From: Candidatus Anstonellaceae archaeon
GTDB lineage: Archaea; Micrarchaeota; Micrarchaeia; Anstonellales; Anstonellaceae
DNA: 64,000 bases
Reading direction: 5' to 3'
NCBI GenBank assembly: GCA_038891035.1
Contig: JAWAEW010000005.1
Span: 1,425 to 65,424 of the forward strand
Shown one piece after another: positions 20,543 to 30,202 of this stretch. Position numbers and translations under genes: made by a program. Under the pieces are notes generated by a model. That model was given only the letters and a program-made list of their open reading frames with translations. It ran no database searches and was not told the DNA's origin. Position 1 is the stretch's first letter. The number at the start of each line of letters is the position of its first letter.

Positions 20543-20980
20543 ATGCTTGCTGAAAATCAAAAGGTCCCAGAATTCTCTTTACCTGACCCAACAGGAAAAG
20601 ACATACGGCTTTCTGATTTCAAAGGAAAAGTGGTTGTTTTGTACTTTTATCCAAAGGACGACACTCCTGGCTGCACCACTGAGGCTTGTAATTTCAGGGA
20701 CATATACAGTGAGCTTAAGAGTTTGGGGGCCGAAGTGGTTGGAGTTTCTCCAGACAGCCCGAAATCTCATTCTGCATTTGCGTCCAAATACGGCCTTCCT
20801 TTCCTACTACTTTCTGACCAGAAAAAAGAGGTTGCAAAGCTTTTTGGAGCGCTCAAGGATGACGGCTCGATCCTTCGCTCCACTTTTATAATAGACAAGG
20901 AAGGGAGGTTGAAGAAGGCATTCTTTGGGGTGGATCCTGCAAAGCACCATCAAGAGGTACTGAAATTTTTGAGAGAATGA
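20543..20980 (+). CDS. bcp: Peroxiredoxin BCP/PrxQ
   Basis: YFYPKDDTPGCTTEAC. Confidence 0.93.
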   Translation: MLAENQKVPEFSLPDPTGKDIRLSDFKGKVVVLYFYPKDDTPGCTTEACNFRDIYSELKSLGAEVVGVSPDSPKSHSAFASKYGLPFLLLSDQKKEVAKLFGALKDDGSILRSTFIIDKEGRLKKAFFGVDPAKHHQEVLKFLRE

Positions 20981-20981
20981 G

Positions 20982-21446
20982 TCATTTTTGCTGTGCGACT
21001 ATTACTATATCAGCAGTATTTCGCAGAGCAACCGAAAAGCCAGGCTCGCTTCCGATTACAATTGTCTCTTTTCCGAGCTCTTTTGCCTTTACAAGCACTG
21101 GCCTAAAATCTATATCGCGTGTCATCAGAGCAATTGCCTGGATGTGTGGATTATAAACTTGAACCATCGCTTCTACTGCCATAGTTACATCGACATCACC
21201 AGTAGTTACTACTGGCTCATAGCCCTGATTGGTCATTGCCTCAATCAGTTTATCTGAGGCGTACTGGTCAAGAAAAATCTTGGCCACTTTTATTTGTCCA
21301 TACTGTTCGACTGCCTTTTTTACTTGCACTAAATCCAATCGGACATCCTTGCGAATCACATTCGGTCCATCAATAAAAAGGGCGATGTTTTTGTCTTTTT
21401 TCTTTTTTTGCAGCATGGATTTGATTTTGTCCAGCATGCTTGCCAT
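20982..21446 (-). CDS. NYN-domain (PIN-like) protein
   Basis: LFIDGPN, GDVDV, TRDIDF, ALRNTAD. Confidence 0.88.
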   Translation of the reverse strand: MASMLDKIKSMLQKKKKDKNIALFIDGPNVIRKDVRLDLVQVKKAVEQYGQIKVAKIFLDQYASDKLIEAMTNQGYEPVVTTGDVDVTMAVEAMVQVYNPHIQAIALMTRDIDFRPVLVKAKELGKETIVIGSEPGFSVALRNTADIVIVAQQK

Positions 21447-21450
21447 ACCA

Positions 21451-22185
21451 TCACCTTTTTCCTATATTGAAAAATGAAATTGTATTGAATAAAGTTCGGT
21501 ATTTTGCTTCTTCAACCGACCAATTCTTTGCCTCTGCAATTAGCTTTATTGACTCAAATGTGTCAGATGGGGATTTGCCAATTGCAGGCGCATCAGATTC
21601 TGCCAATATGCGCTCTGGAGGAATTAGAGAAATCAGTTCTTTTCTCCTACCACTTCTCAGTGGAGGCACAGAGATCCAGCCATTTTTAGAAGTAGCTTGG
21701 GCTGCAGTTGCGGCATCTCCTGAAAAGCAGTGCAAAAGGTAGTGAAGGTTGAAGTTTTCTAAGATTTCCACGCACTCTTTTTCAGCCTGCCTGCTGTGCA
21801 CCACTACAGGAAGCCCTAGCCTTTCTGCAAGCTGAAGCTGAGATATGAAGCACTCGTGCTGTAAGTACTTTTCTTCTTCTGTTTTGCCCCAATAGTAATC
21901 CAGTCCAATTTCACCTATGCCTACAAGCTTGCCGGCAGGGGCAATTTCCTTTTCTATTGCCTCCTCCCACTCAACAAGCGAAACCTTTATCTGCTTGTGT
22001 CTGATTGCCTCCTGCGGCGAGATTCCAGCACAGATATACACGTTTGGATGCTCTTGAGCTATTTTGGCATTTCTTAAGTTGGTCTGATGAGAGGTGCCAC
22101 AGCTAATAATCAAAATATCTGGAGGGATGGGACCACTGCAGGATTCTACATGGCAGTGCGCATCTGCAAAGGTGTAACCTTCCAT
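21451..22185 (-). CDS. tatD: TatD-family hydrolase
   Basis: DAHCH, GEIGLDY, VHSR, HCFSG, ESDAP. Confidence 0.92.
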   Translation of the reverse strand: MEGYTFADAHCHVESCSGPIPPDILIISCGTSHQTNLRNAKIAQEHPNVYICAGISPQEAIRHKQIKVSLVEWEEAIEKEIAPAGKLVGIGEIGLDYYWGKTEEEKYLQHECFISQLQLAERLGLPVVVHSRQAEKECVEILENFNLHYLLHCFSGDAATAAQATSKNGWISVPPLRSGRRKELISLIPPERILAESDAPAIGKSPSDTFESIKLIAEAKNWSVEEAKYRTLFNTISFFNIGKR

Positions 22186-22192
22186 TCAATCA

Positions 22193-22540
22193 CTACTCTA
22201 CATCAGAAAGCCTTGCCCTGATTCTCTTTTTCACTAGATGATCATGCGCAAGCATTCCATGGCGTATCTTTCGAATTGCCAGGAGCAAAAGCAGAAGGAA
22301 AACGAAAAAAAATGTAGAATCAACCAGGCGCTGGCTTTCTTGCTCAAGCAACCTGAAGGTAGAAGCAAACTCTGCAGTGAAGAAGAGCAGCAAGGCTGCC
22401 ACCATTATCTGAAATGTCTTTGAAAAGGAGCTGCTTCGATCCCTCCAATACATAGGAACAATTGTCCAAATCAAATAGGCTGCCACTGCAAGATTGGCAA
22501 TGCGTATCAAAAGCTCAAGAACGCTTAAATAGTCGGTCAT
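22193..22540 (-). CDS. Small hypothetical membrane protein (3 TM)
   Basis: Three hydrophobic segments; TATA 21 nt upstream of ATG. Confidence 0.7.
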   Translation of the reverse strand: MTDYLSVLELLIRIANLAVAAYLIWTIVPMYWRDRSSSFSKTFQIMVAALLLFFTAEFASTFRLLEQESQRLVDSTFFFVFLLLLLLAIRKIRHGMLAHDHLVKKRIRARLSDVE

Positions 22541-22590
22541 AATCAGAATTTGCTTTTATCCCTTATATTCTTATCTGCTCAAACTGCTTC

Positions 22591-23124
22591 ATGAGGCTTT
22601 TTGTTGCAATTAGAGTGCCAAAGGATGCATTGCCTCAAATCCAAAGAGTATCTGCCCCGCTTGAAGGCGCACTTGGAGTAAAAATGACAAAGCCTGAAAA
22701 TCTGCACATTACTCTTCGGTTCATAGGAGAAGTAGAAACCCAACAGGCAGAAAAGATAGCTGAGGCTTTAAACCGGATTGAGTTTGAGCCTTTCGAAGTT
22801 AAGCTTTTCTTAGCAGGGGCATTTCCAAACAGACATTTTCCAAGAGCAATATGGATAGGTGGAAGCAGCCAGGAAGCAAGCCAACTTGCATCAAAGATTG
22901 ACTCAGTCTTGTCCTTTCTGAAGCTTCCGCAAGAGGAATTCAGACTGCATCTGACTGTTGCGCGTGCCCCGAAAAGTGCTGCGGATATAGATGACTTCCT
23001 CAACCAGCCACCGTTTTGCATTTCCTTTCCAGTAGATGCATTCTTTTTGATAAGAAGTAGACTTACACCGGAAGGCCCAATCTACGAAGATATAAAAAAA
23101 TACAGTGCCAACAAGCCTGCGTGA
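22591..23124 (+). CDS. thpR: RNA 2',3'-cyclic phosphodiesterase (2H family)
   Basis: MRLFVAI, HITLRF, HLTVAR, LTPEGPIY. Confidence 0.93.
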   Translation: MRLFVAIRVPKDALPQIQRVSAPLEGALGVKMTKPENLHITLRFIGEVETQQAEKIAEALNRIEFEPFEVKLFLAGAFPNRHFPRAIWIGGSSQEASQLASKIDSVLSFLKLPQEEFRLHLTVARAPKSAADIDDFLNQPPFCISFPVDAFFLIRSRLTPEGPIYEDIKKYSANKPA

Positions 23125-23128
23125 TGCC

Positions 23129-23761
23129 ATGAGGCAAATAAAGATAGTTCCAGCGATTCTTTCCAAGACAAAGGAGGACTTTCAAGACAAGCTTAAGAGG
23201 GTGCAGTCCTTTGTGGATATGGTTCAAGTGGATGTAATGGATGGTGTTTTTGTCCCAAACAAGACTTTGGAACCTGAATTTTTTCCTAACTTTCCAAAAG
23301 GGATGAAGGTTGAATACCATCTAATGGTAAATTCTCCTTTGGAGTATGTCAAAAGGATCGGGCACAAAAAAGCAATATACGAGCTTCATGTAGAAGCCTT
23401 GACGGATATAAATAAGGCAATAAAGGAGGTGAGGGGAATGGGAGGAGATGTGGCCCTTGCTATTTCTCCAGATACCCCCTCCTCTACAGTTGAGCCTTAT
23501 CTGGACCAAATTACGCATGTACTTGTTATGACTGTTTACCCTGGCTTTTCTGGGCAGAAATATCTGCAAACGATGGAAGATAAGATAATGAGGCTTGCCA
23601 GGTTAGGCGCAATTGTTGAAATAGATGGTGGTGTTGAAGTCGGAGTGGTAAAAAGAGCGGCAGCAGCAGGTGCAACCATGTTCGCAGCAGCCTCTGCAAT
23701 ATTTTCCAAAGGAGACGTAAAGCGCGCCATAGATGAGCTTATGCAGGATGCCCAAATTTAG
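23129..23761 (+). CDS. rpe: Ribulose-phosphate 3-epimerase
   Basis: DVMDGVFVPN, HLMV, HVE, MTVYPGFSGQ, EIDGG. Confidence 0.92.
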   Translation: MRQIKIVPAILSKTKEDFQDKLKRVQSFVDMVQVDVMDGVFVPNKTLEPEFFPNFPKGMKVEYHLMVNSPLEYVKRIGHKKAIYELHVEALTDINKAIKEVRGMGGDVALAISPDTPSSTVEPYLDQITHVLVMTVYPGFSGQKYLQTMEDKIMRLARLGAIVEIDGGVEVGVVKRAAAAGATMFAAASAIFSKGDVKRAIDELMQDAQI

Positions 23762-23808
23762 CTTTAATTTTAAAGTTTGCCTTGCAAAGTTTGAATGGGG
23801 GCATTTTT

Positions 23809-24663
23809 GTGCAGCCGAGGCTTAAGACGATCAAAGAATTAAAGCTTATGGCCAACACTATCCGCTGCGACATTATCAGAATGCTTGCGGCAGCAGGCTC
23901 CGGCCATACGGCAGGTCCACTCGGACTTGCAGACATCTTTTCCATATTGTACTTTCATGAGATGGAATACGACCCTTCCAATCCCAAGGACCCAAATCGA
24001 GACAGGCTGGTGCTTTCAAATGGGCATTGCGCACCCGTGCTTTATGCTACACTGGCTCGTGCAGGCTATTTTCCAATAGAAGACACACTTTCTTTGCGCA
24101 AGCTCGGCTCGCGCTTTCAGGGCCATCCAAGCAGGCATTGGATGCCTGAAGTAGAAACTTCCTCTGGCCCGCTGGGCGAGGGACTTGCTATTGCATGCGG
24201 AATTGCGCTTGCAGGAAAACTGGATGGGCGCAATTTTCGCGTTTTCTGCATCACTTCTGATGGAGAGCATCAAGAAGGTGCTACGTGGGAGGCGGTTATG
24301 TTTGCATCAAAATACAAGCTGGATAATCTAATTGCAATTTGCGACAGAAACTACATCCAAATTGATGGGCCTACTGAAGAAGTTATGCCGGTTTTGGATT
24401 TGACAGAAAAATATCGTGCTTTTGGATGGAACGCTATCTCTGTAAATGGGCACGATTACGAAAATATAATTTCTGCTCTCAAGCAGGCAAGCAGCACAAA
24501 AGGCAAGCCTACCATGATTGTGGCCTATACCACACCAGGCAAGGGAGTTTCATTCGTAGAAAACAAGCATGAGTGGCACGGCAAGGCTCCAAAGCCCCAA
24601 GAAGCTGATTTGGCGCTGAAGGAGCTTGAAGAAGAAAGAAAAAGGATTGAGGGAGAGCTGTGA
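23809..24663 (+). CDS. Transketolase N-terminal (TPP-binding) subunit
   Basis: GSGH, RDRLVLSNGH, FQGHP, SDGEHQEG, WHG; start uncertain (23782 or 23809). Confidence 0.93.
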   Translation: MQPRLKTIKELKLMANTIRCDIIRMLAAAGSGHTAGPLGLADIFSILYFHEMEYDPSNPKDPNRDRLVLSNGHCAPVLYATLARAGYFPIEDTLSLRKLGSRFQGHPSRHWMPEVETSSGPLGEGLAIACGIALAGKLDGRNFRVFCITSDGEHQEGATWEAVMFASKYKLDNLIAICDRNYIQIDGPTEEVMPVLDLTEKYRAFGWNAISVNGHDYENIISALKQASSTKGKPTMIVAYTTPGKGVSFVENKHEWHGKAPKPQEADLALKELEEERKRIEGEL

Positions 24664-25643
24664 ACATTTTGCCTGAAATGCACCTTAAGGATATAAATTT
24701 TCAGCTTGCCTCTGCGGCAACGCGAGAAGCATTTGGGGACGCGCTTGCAAAAATAGGCGAGCTTGATCCAAACGTTGTCGCCTTATCTGCGGATGTTGCA
24801 GGCTCAGTCCAAATTGCAAAATTTGCCTCAAAGTTCCCAAACCGCTTTTTCAATGTCGGAGTTGCAGAGCAGAATCTTGCCTCAGTTGCTGCAGGGCTTG
24901 CATATAGCGGCAAGATTGCATTTATTGGCGCCTTTGCGGCATTCTCTCCTGGAAGGAATTGGGAGCAAATAAGGACAACCATATGCTACGGCGAAGCAAA
25001 TGTAAAAATTGAGGGCTCACATTCTGGATTAGATGTAGGCGAAGACGGAGCCACCCACCAGATGCTTGAGGATTTGGCGCTCATGCGCTGCTTGCCAAAT
25101 ATGGTAGTTGTTTCGCCGTGCGATTATAATGAAGCTTACAAGGCAACGTTTGCTGCATGGAAAACACCTGGTCCTTTTTACATAAGGTGTACTCGGGGCA
25201 AGATACCCATCTTTACTACCGAAGAGACGCCCTTTGAGCTTGGCAAGATCAACCTTCTTTGCGAAGGAAGCGATCTTGCAATTGTTGCAACTGGAAATAC
25301 GGTCTATCCTTCTTTAGTTGCGGCTTCTATGCTTGAAAATGAAGGCTTCTCGGTTGCAGTCGCAAATATGCATACGATCTCAGACCCTGACGAAAACATG
25401 CTGGAAAGGCTTGCTAGAACCTGCGGTGCAATTTTGACTGTGGAGGACCATCAAGTAAAAGGAGGATTGGGAAGCGCTGTGTGCGAGGCTCTTTCGGCTC
25501 GCTATCCTGTTCTAATAAGAAGACATGGGGTGAATATGGCCTTTGGCGAGTCTGGCAGTGGAAGCCAAGTGCTTGCAAAGTATGGATTGGATGCTAAAGG
25601 CATTGCATCGGTTGCAAAGCAGCAAATTGAGGTGAGAAAATGA
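24660..25643 (+). CDS. Transketolase C-terminal subunit
   Basis: [25 protein letters not shown]. Confidence 0.93.
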   Translation: MNILPEMHLKDINFQLASAATREAFGDALAKIGELDPNVVALSADVAGSVQIAKFASKFPNRFFNVGVAEQNLASVAAGLAYSGKIAFIGAFAAFSPGRNWEQIRTTICYGEANVKIEGSHSGLDVGEDGATHQMLEDLALMRCLPNMVVVSPCDYNEAYKATFAAWKTPGPFYIRCTRGKIPIFTTEETPFELGKINLLCEGSDLAIVATGNTVYPSLVAASMLENEGFSVAVANMHTISDPDENMLERLARTCGAILTVEDHQVKGGLGSAVCEALSARYPVLIRRHGVNMAFGESGSGSQVLAKYGLDAKGIASVAKQQIEVRK

Positions 25644-26290
25644 AGATATTTTTGGATACTGCAGAAGTGGAAAAAATTAAGCGCTTTGCGCAGCTTGGTT
25701 TGGTGGATGGGGTTACCACAAATCCGACTCTGATACTCAAATCAGGAAGAAAGCAGAAGGAAGTGATTGAAGAAATTTGCAAAATAGTAAAAGGACCAGT
25801 CTCGGTAGAAGGGGTGGAAGAAAAAGCTGAAGGAATGGTTAAGGATGGGCGAGAATTTGCAAAGTGGGCAAAAAATGTAGTGGTCAAAATCCCTATGACT
25901 GCTGAGGGGATGAAGGCTGTAAGGATGCTTTCTGAGGAGGGGATCAAGACTAATGTGACTTTGGTATTTACTGCAAGCCAGGCACTGCTGGCTGCAAAGG
26001 CAGGGGCAACCTATGTCTCTCCATTTGTTGGTAGGCTAGATGACATCAACATAAACGGGATGGATTTGATACGCCAGATTATGAAGATATATGGCAACTA
26101 TGGCTTTAAGACTGAAGTAATAGTTGCTTCTGTCAGAAGCGAGAGGCATGTTTTGGAGGCGGCAGAAGCTGGTGCACATATTGCAACCGTTCCACCAGAG
26201 GTGCTGGAAAAAATGTTTTACCATCCACTCACAGAAAAAGGTATAAAGAAATTTTTGGAGGACTACCTTGCTGCAGCAAAGAGCAAATAG
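25640..26290 (+). CDS. tal: Transaldolase / fructose-6-phosphate aldolase family
   Basis: [33 protein letters not shown]. Confidence 0.9.
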   Translation: MKIFLDTAEVEKIKRFAQLGLVDGVTTNPTLILKSGRKQKEVIEEICKIVKGPVSVEGVEEKAEGMVKDGREFAKWAKNVVVKIPMTAEGMKAVRMLSEEGIKTNVTLVFTASQALLAAKAGATYVSPFVGRLDDININGMDLIRQIMKIYGNYGFKTEVIVASVRSERHVLEAAEAGAHIATVPPEVLEKMFYHPLTEKGIKKFLEDYLAAAKSK

Positions 26291-26298
26291 GGGTTTTG

Positions 26299-27666
26299 AT
26301 GAAGTGCGCTCACCCAAATAAAGCTCAAGAAGTATTTTCCAAAGTCTTGCTCAAGATAAAACCTACTCCCAAGGAAAATGAAAAGAGTTTAAAGGCGGCT
26401 TATGTATTAATTGAGAAGCTTAAGAAAGTGGCTCCTTCTTTTGTGCGAATAGAGCTTGCAGGTTCGCTTGCAAAAGGAACCAACTTGAAAGGCAGAAATG
26501 AATTTGATATTTTCATTTTATTTCCTCGACACTACTCCCATCACGAGATAGCTTTACTGGGGCTATCTTATGCTCGCAGGGCTTTTGCCGGAATGCATTT
26601 GGAGTCACGCTATGCAGAGCATCCTTATATTCAGATCCAAACGCCTTATTACAAAGCAGATGTGGTGCCTGCATACAACATAGAAAGCATAGAGCAAAAA
26701 GGCTCATCGGTAGATCGTTCAATACTTCATACTAGATATGTAAATGCTCACCTTTCTTTGCAACAAAAAGACGAAGTAAGACTGTTAAAACGGTTTATGA
26801 AAAATTTTGGCATCTATGGAGCTGAACTTCGGGTAGAGGGATTTTCAGGCTACCTTTGTGAGCTTCTGCTAATAAAATATGGTTCGCTGCTTTCATTGAT
26901 GGAGGCTGCCTCAACATGGAGCCAGCCAACAATTGTATTTGAAGGAAGCATAAGCGAGGAAGAGGCCAGGAAGAGGTTTTCTTCGCCTCTGGTCGTAGTT
27001 GACCCTGTGGACCCAAGACGAAACGTTGCAGCAGTTGTATCTCAAACGTCTCTTTCCAGATTTATATTTGAGTGTAGGAGGTTTCTAAAGGCACCGTCCG
27101 AAAGATTCTTTTTCTTGAAAAAACCTCGCAAAAGCCCATCAGGGATAGTAAAGCACATACAAGAGAGAGGAACAGAATGCCTTGCAGTGATATTCCCTGC
27201 TCCAAAAACTATTCCAGATGTCCTTTGGCCTCAGCTGAAAAAAACTGCGCATGCGATTGTTAGGAAACTTCAAGAGCAAGATTTCGGGGTCTTTGGGTTC
27301 TACTATTGGAGCGATGGCAAAGAATGTGACATACTTCTTGAGCTTGACCGCTGGAAGCTTCCGAAAATCAAAAAACTGCAAGGCCCTTCTGTACAATTTG
27401 CCTCTGATGTAGACTCATTCATAATAAAGCACTCGAAAGCGCTCAATATCCATTTGGAACATGATAAGATAGTAGCAGTGGAAAAGCGGAAGGAAACTGA
27501 AGCAAGAAGATTTCTGTTAAAGTCTATTTCAAATACTGCTGGTATGGGTATTCCAGTTTTAATGGAAAAGCAATTAAGGTTGGCAAAAGTCCTACCTGCA
27601 TCTTTGATTGCAAACAGAAAAAGGCTTGAATTTCTTTCGGACTACTTTTTTGCAAAAATAGCATGA
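26299..27666 (+). CDS. cca: Class I CCA-adding enzyme
   Basis: GSLAKGT..EFDIF, YAEHPY, GFSGYLCELL, DPVDPRRNVAA. Confidence 0.95.
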   Translation: MKCAHPNKAQEVFSKVLLKIKPTPKENEKSLKAAYVLIEKLKKVAPSFVRIELAGSLAKGTNLKGRNEFDIFILFPRHYSHHEIALLGLSYARRAFAGMHLESRYAEHPYIQIQTPYYKADVVPAYNIESIEQKGSSVDRSILHTRYVNAHLSLQQKDEVRLLKRFMKNFGIYGAELRVEGFSGYLCELLLIKYGSLLSLMEAASTWSQPTIVFEGSISEEEARKRFSSPLVVVDPVDPRRNVAAVVSQTSLSRFIFECRRFLKAPSERFFFLKKPRKSPSGIVKHIQERGTECLAVIFPAPKTIPDVLWPQLKKTAHAIVRKLQEQDFGVFGFYYWSDGKECDILLELDRWKLPKIKKLQGPSVQFASDVDSFIIKHSKALNIHLEHDKIVAVEKRKETEARRFLLKSISNTAGMGIPVLMEKQLRLAKVLPASLIANRKRLEFLSDYFFAKIA

Positions 27667-27736
27667 CATTTTTTATTTTTGAACTTGATGAAATTTGAAA
27701 ATGGCTTGCCGAAGGCTAATTTAGGGTGCTACTGAA

Positions 27737-29293
27737 ATGGATTTGCTGGATTCTGTTCTTCAAAAAGCTTGGGCTTCCACATGCCGTGTTGTTTTGAGAA
27801 GAGAGCTTGGAAGTCTGGATCTTTTTCGCCCTTGGCTACTGGAACATATCCCAAAAGTGGCTTGCAGGGATTCGGTTTATGGAAAGGTGATTCTTGCAAG
27901 GGATTGCTATCCAGAAGGAGCATCTTGCGTCCCACAGGATAGGGTAACAATCAACAAAGAATTTACTTTGAGCATAAATCAGATTAAAGACATAGATTCT
28001 ATTATTAGCGCATGCCTTGAAAGGTTTGAATATGTTGGAAACAAAGTTTTAGGAAACAGTGCATTTGTCCGAGACTCAGATATTGTAATTGATTCGCAAT
28101 ACGTAAACAGTTCAACAAACATCGAGGAGTCCTCATATATAGATTGTTCTTTCATGGTTAGGAAAGGTAGCAAATACTGCTTTGGCTCAGGCTATTGTGG
28201 CCAGTCAGAATTTTTGATACGAACAATTGGCACCTTCAACAGCAAATACTGCTTTGAGAGCTATTTTGTCACAGATTCCAGCTCTGCATACTTTTGTGAA
28301 AGCTGTCATGGGTGCAAAGAGATTATGTTCTGTTTTGGGCAGAGAAACTCTTTGTATAAGATAGGCAATCTCCAGCTTCCAAAAGACAAATATTTTTCCT
28401 TGAAAAGCAAGCTGCTTGAGGAGGTTTGCGATGAGCTTGAAAAGGAAGGCAGGTTTCCTGCACTATTTGAAATTGCTAAGGAATCTTCTGAGAGAATGGA
28501 AAAGTTGGAAATTGAAAGCAAAACAATCAAGCAGAATATGAAGATTATTGATAATGGATTTGAAAAAACTTCTAGGATCATACTAAAGCGCGGCCTTGGA
28601 CCTATAAAAGAATATGAAAATTGGCTTATGAACAATAGCCAGAACATTGCAAAAATTAAGAGTGCATTTGGAATGGAAGTAAGTATACCTTTATCATTTG
28701 CTTATTTTTCCTTTCTGCCAAAAGACAGAATAGTCAGTTTTGACGAGATGGAAAAAATAGGCCAGCAGTCGCTTTCCCAACAAGATATAGCAAGCATAAA
28801 ACAGTTGAAGCAAAAGATAGGTAAGATTGCATATTTCACCTCTGAATTTTATGCTGGCGAAAATGCAAACTATATCGACTCGCCAGTGGTCTTCTATGCA
28901 ACCAACGTATACAAGACTTATGATGCCACATATGCAGACAACATAGGCGCATCCTTCCTTGCCTTGAACTCGAAATTTATCTATGGAGGATTCCGCATAC
29001 TTGAATCCCAGTTCTCTATAAAGTGCTATAATTCACTTTACATGAACCGCTGTATGGAGATGGATTCGTGCAGCAAATGCTCAGATTCATACTTTTGCCA
29101 CAATTGTGAAAGCTTGGCGGATTGCATGTTCTGCTTTTCTGCAAAAGGAAAGAGAAATATGATAGGGAACATGCAGCTTTCAAAAGAAAGATACGCAAAA
29201 ATAAAGGATTCTCTTGTGCAACAGATGGCAGACGAGCTTGAGAAGACGAAGAGGCTGCGTTTTAGCATATACTTTGAAAGGGGAAAAGATTAG
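27737..29293 (+). CDS. Cys-rich internally duplicated protein, paralog B
   Basis: Same two-unit architecture as 16302..17882. Confidence 0.8.
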   Translation: MDLLDSVLQKAWASTCRVVLRRELGSLDLFRPWLLEHIPKVACRDSVYGKVILARDCYPEGASCVPQDRVTINKEFTLSINQIKDIDSIISACLERFEYVGNKVLGNSAFVRDSDIVIDSQYVNSSTNIEESSYIDCSFMVRKGSKYCFGSGYCGQSEFLIRTIGTFNSKYCFESYFVTDSSSAYFCESCHGCKEIMFCFGQRNSLYKIGNLQLPKDKYFSLKSKLLEEVCDELEKEGRFPALFEIAKESSERMEKLEIESKTIKQNMKIIDNGFEKTSRIILKRGLGPIKEYENWLMNNSQNIAKIKSAFGMEVSIPLSFAYFSFLPKDRIVSFDEMEKIGQQSLSQQDIASIKQLKQKIGKIAYFTSEFYAGENANYIDSPVVFYATNVYKTYDATYADNIGASFLALNSKFIYGGFRILESQFSIKCYNSLYMNRCMEMDSCSKCSDSYFCHNCESLADCMFCFSAKGKRNMIGNMQLSKERYAKIKDSLVQQMADELEKTKRLRFSIYFERGKD

Positions 29294-29335
29294 ATTTTTA
29301 TATGTTGAATAGGAATCTGCAAAAGAGGCGAAAGT

Positions 29336-30202
29336 GTGAAAGCGGCAACTTTGTTTGCAGCGGTATTTCTTTTGACGGTTGGATTCGTATTTGCAGGGAC
29401 TGCAAGCTGCCAAGATGGAACCAAGCACGGCAGTTGCTCAAAGGTCAATCCTGGACTTTACTGCATAGACGGAAAACTTCATCCTTATGTTTCGTTTTGC
29501 CCTTGTAGTGCGGTGCCTGGATGGAAGCAGCAAGGAGAAGGCGAGAATGCAGTTTGTGTTCAAGAAAAATGTGCTGATGGGACTGAATCTGGCAAATGCT
29601 CTTCTGATAAGCCGAAGCAGTGCGTAGGAGGTCGGCTGATTGACAACGCAACTGCATGCGGCTGCCCGCCAGGCAAAATTATTAGCCAAAACGGACTTAC
29701 ATGCGTATTTTTGCCATGCAATGATTCTGGAGTGAGCGTGCCAGAAGGGACCTGCTCACCAAAATCAGCAGGCAAGAAATGTGTTGAAGGCAAGCTAGTA
29801 GATAAGGCTTCTGAGTGCCCGTGTGGCGCTGGAACAGTCAAAAAAGGAGAGCGATGTGTGGTGCTTTGCGAGGATGGAACAGAGGTTGGAAGCTGCTCTC
29901 CTTCTAAGCCAAAGGAATGCGTGCTTTCTGGGCTTGGAGTTGGAGTTTTGCTTGATAACGCTTCCAAATGTGGCTGCCCCCCAGGAATGGAGACACAAGG
30001 AAACAGGTGCATAGAGGCTGGCGCAAGTTTGCCTTCCTTGTCGGGAGGGGCAGAAACTTTGACAGAGACTCTGAATGGAAGTGGCACTGAACCACAGCAA
30101 GAAGAAGCGCAGCCGCTTTCATGCTTCTGCTGCCCTTCTGCATTTGCAATCCTGCTTTTGCTTGGGATGATATACAAAGCTAAAGATAGCCCCACATTGT
30201 AA
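29336..30202 (+). CDS. Secreted disulfide-rich repeat surface protein with C-terminal anchor
   Basis: Signal peptide; four C.DG...G.CS...C..G.L....C.C repeats; CFCCPSAFAILLLLG plus basic tail. Confidence 0.8.
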   Translation: MKAATLFAAVFLLTVGFVFAGTASCQDGTKHGSCSKVNPGLYCIDGKLHPYVSFCPCSAVPGWKQQGEGENAVCVQEKCADGTESGKCSSDKPKQCVGGRLIDNATACGCPPGKIISQNGLTCVFLPCNDSGVSVPEGTCSPKSAGKKCVEGKLVDKASECPCGAGTVKKGERCVVLCEDGTEVGSCSPSKPKECVLSGLGVGVLLDNASKCGCPPGMETQGNRCIEAGASLPSLSGGAETLTETLNGSGTEPQQEEAQPLSCFCCPSAFAILLLLGMIYKAKDSPTL

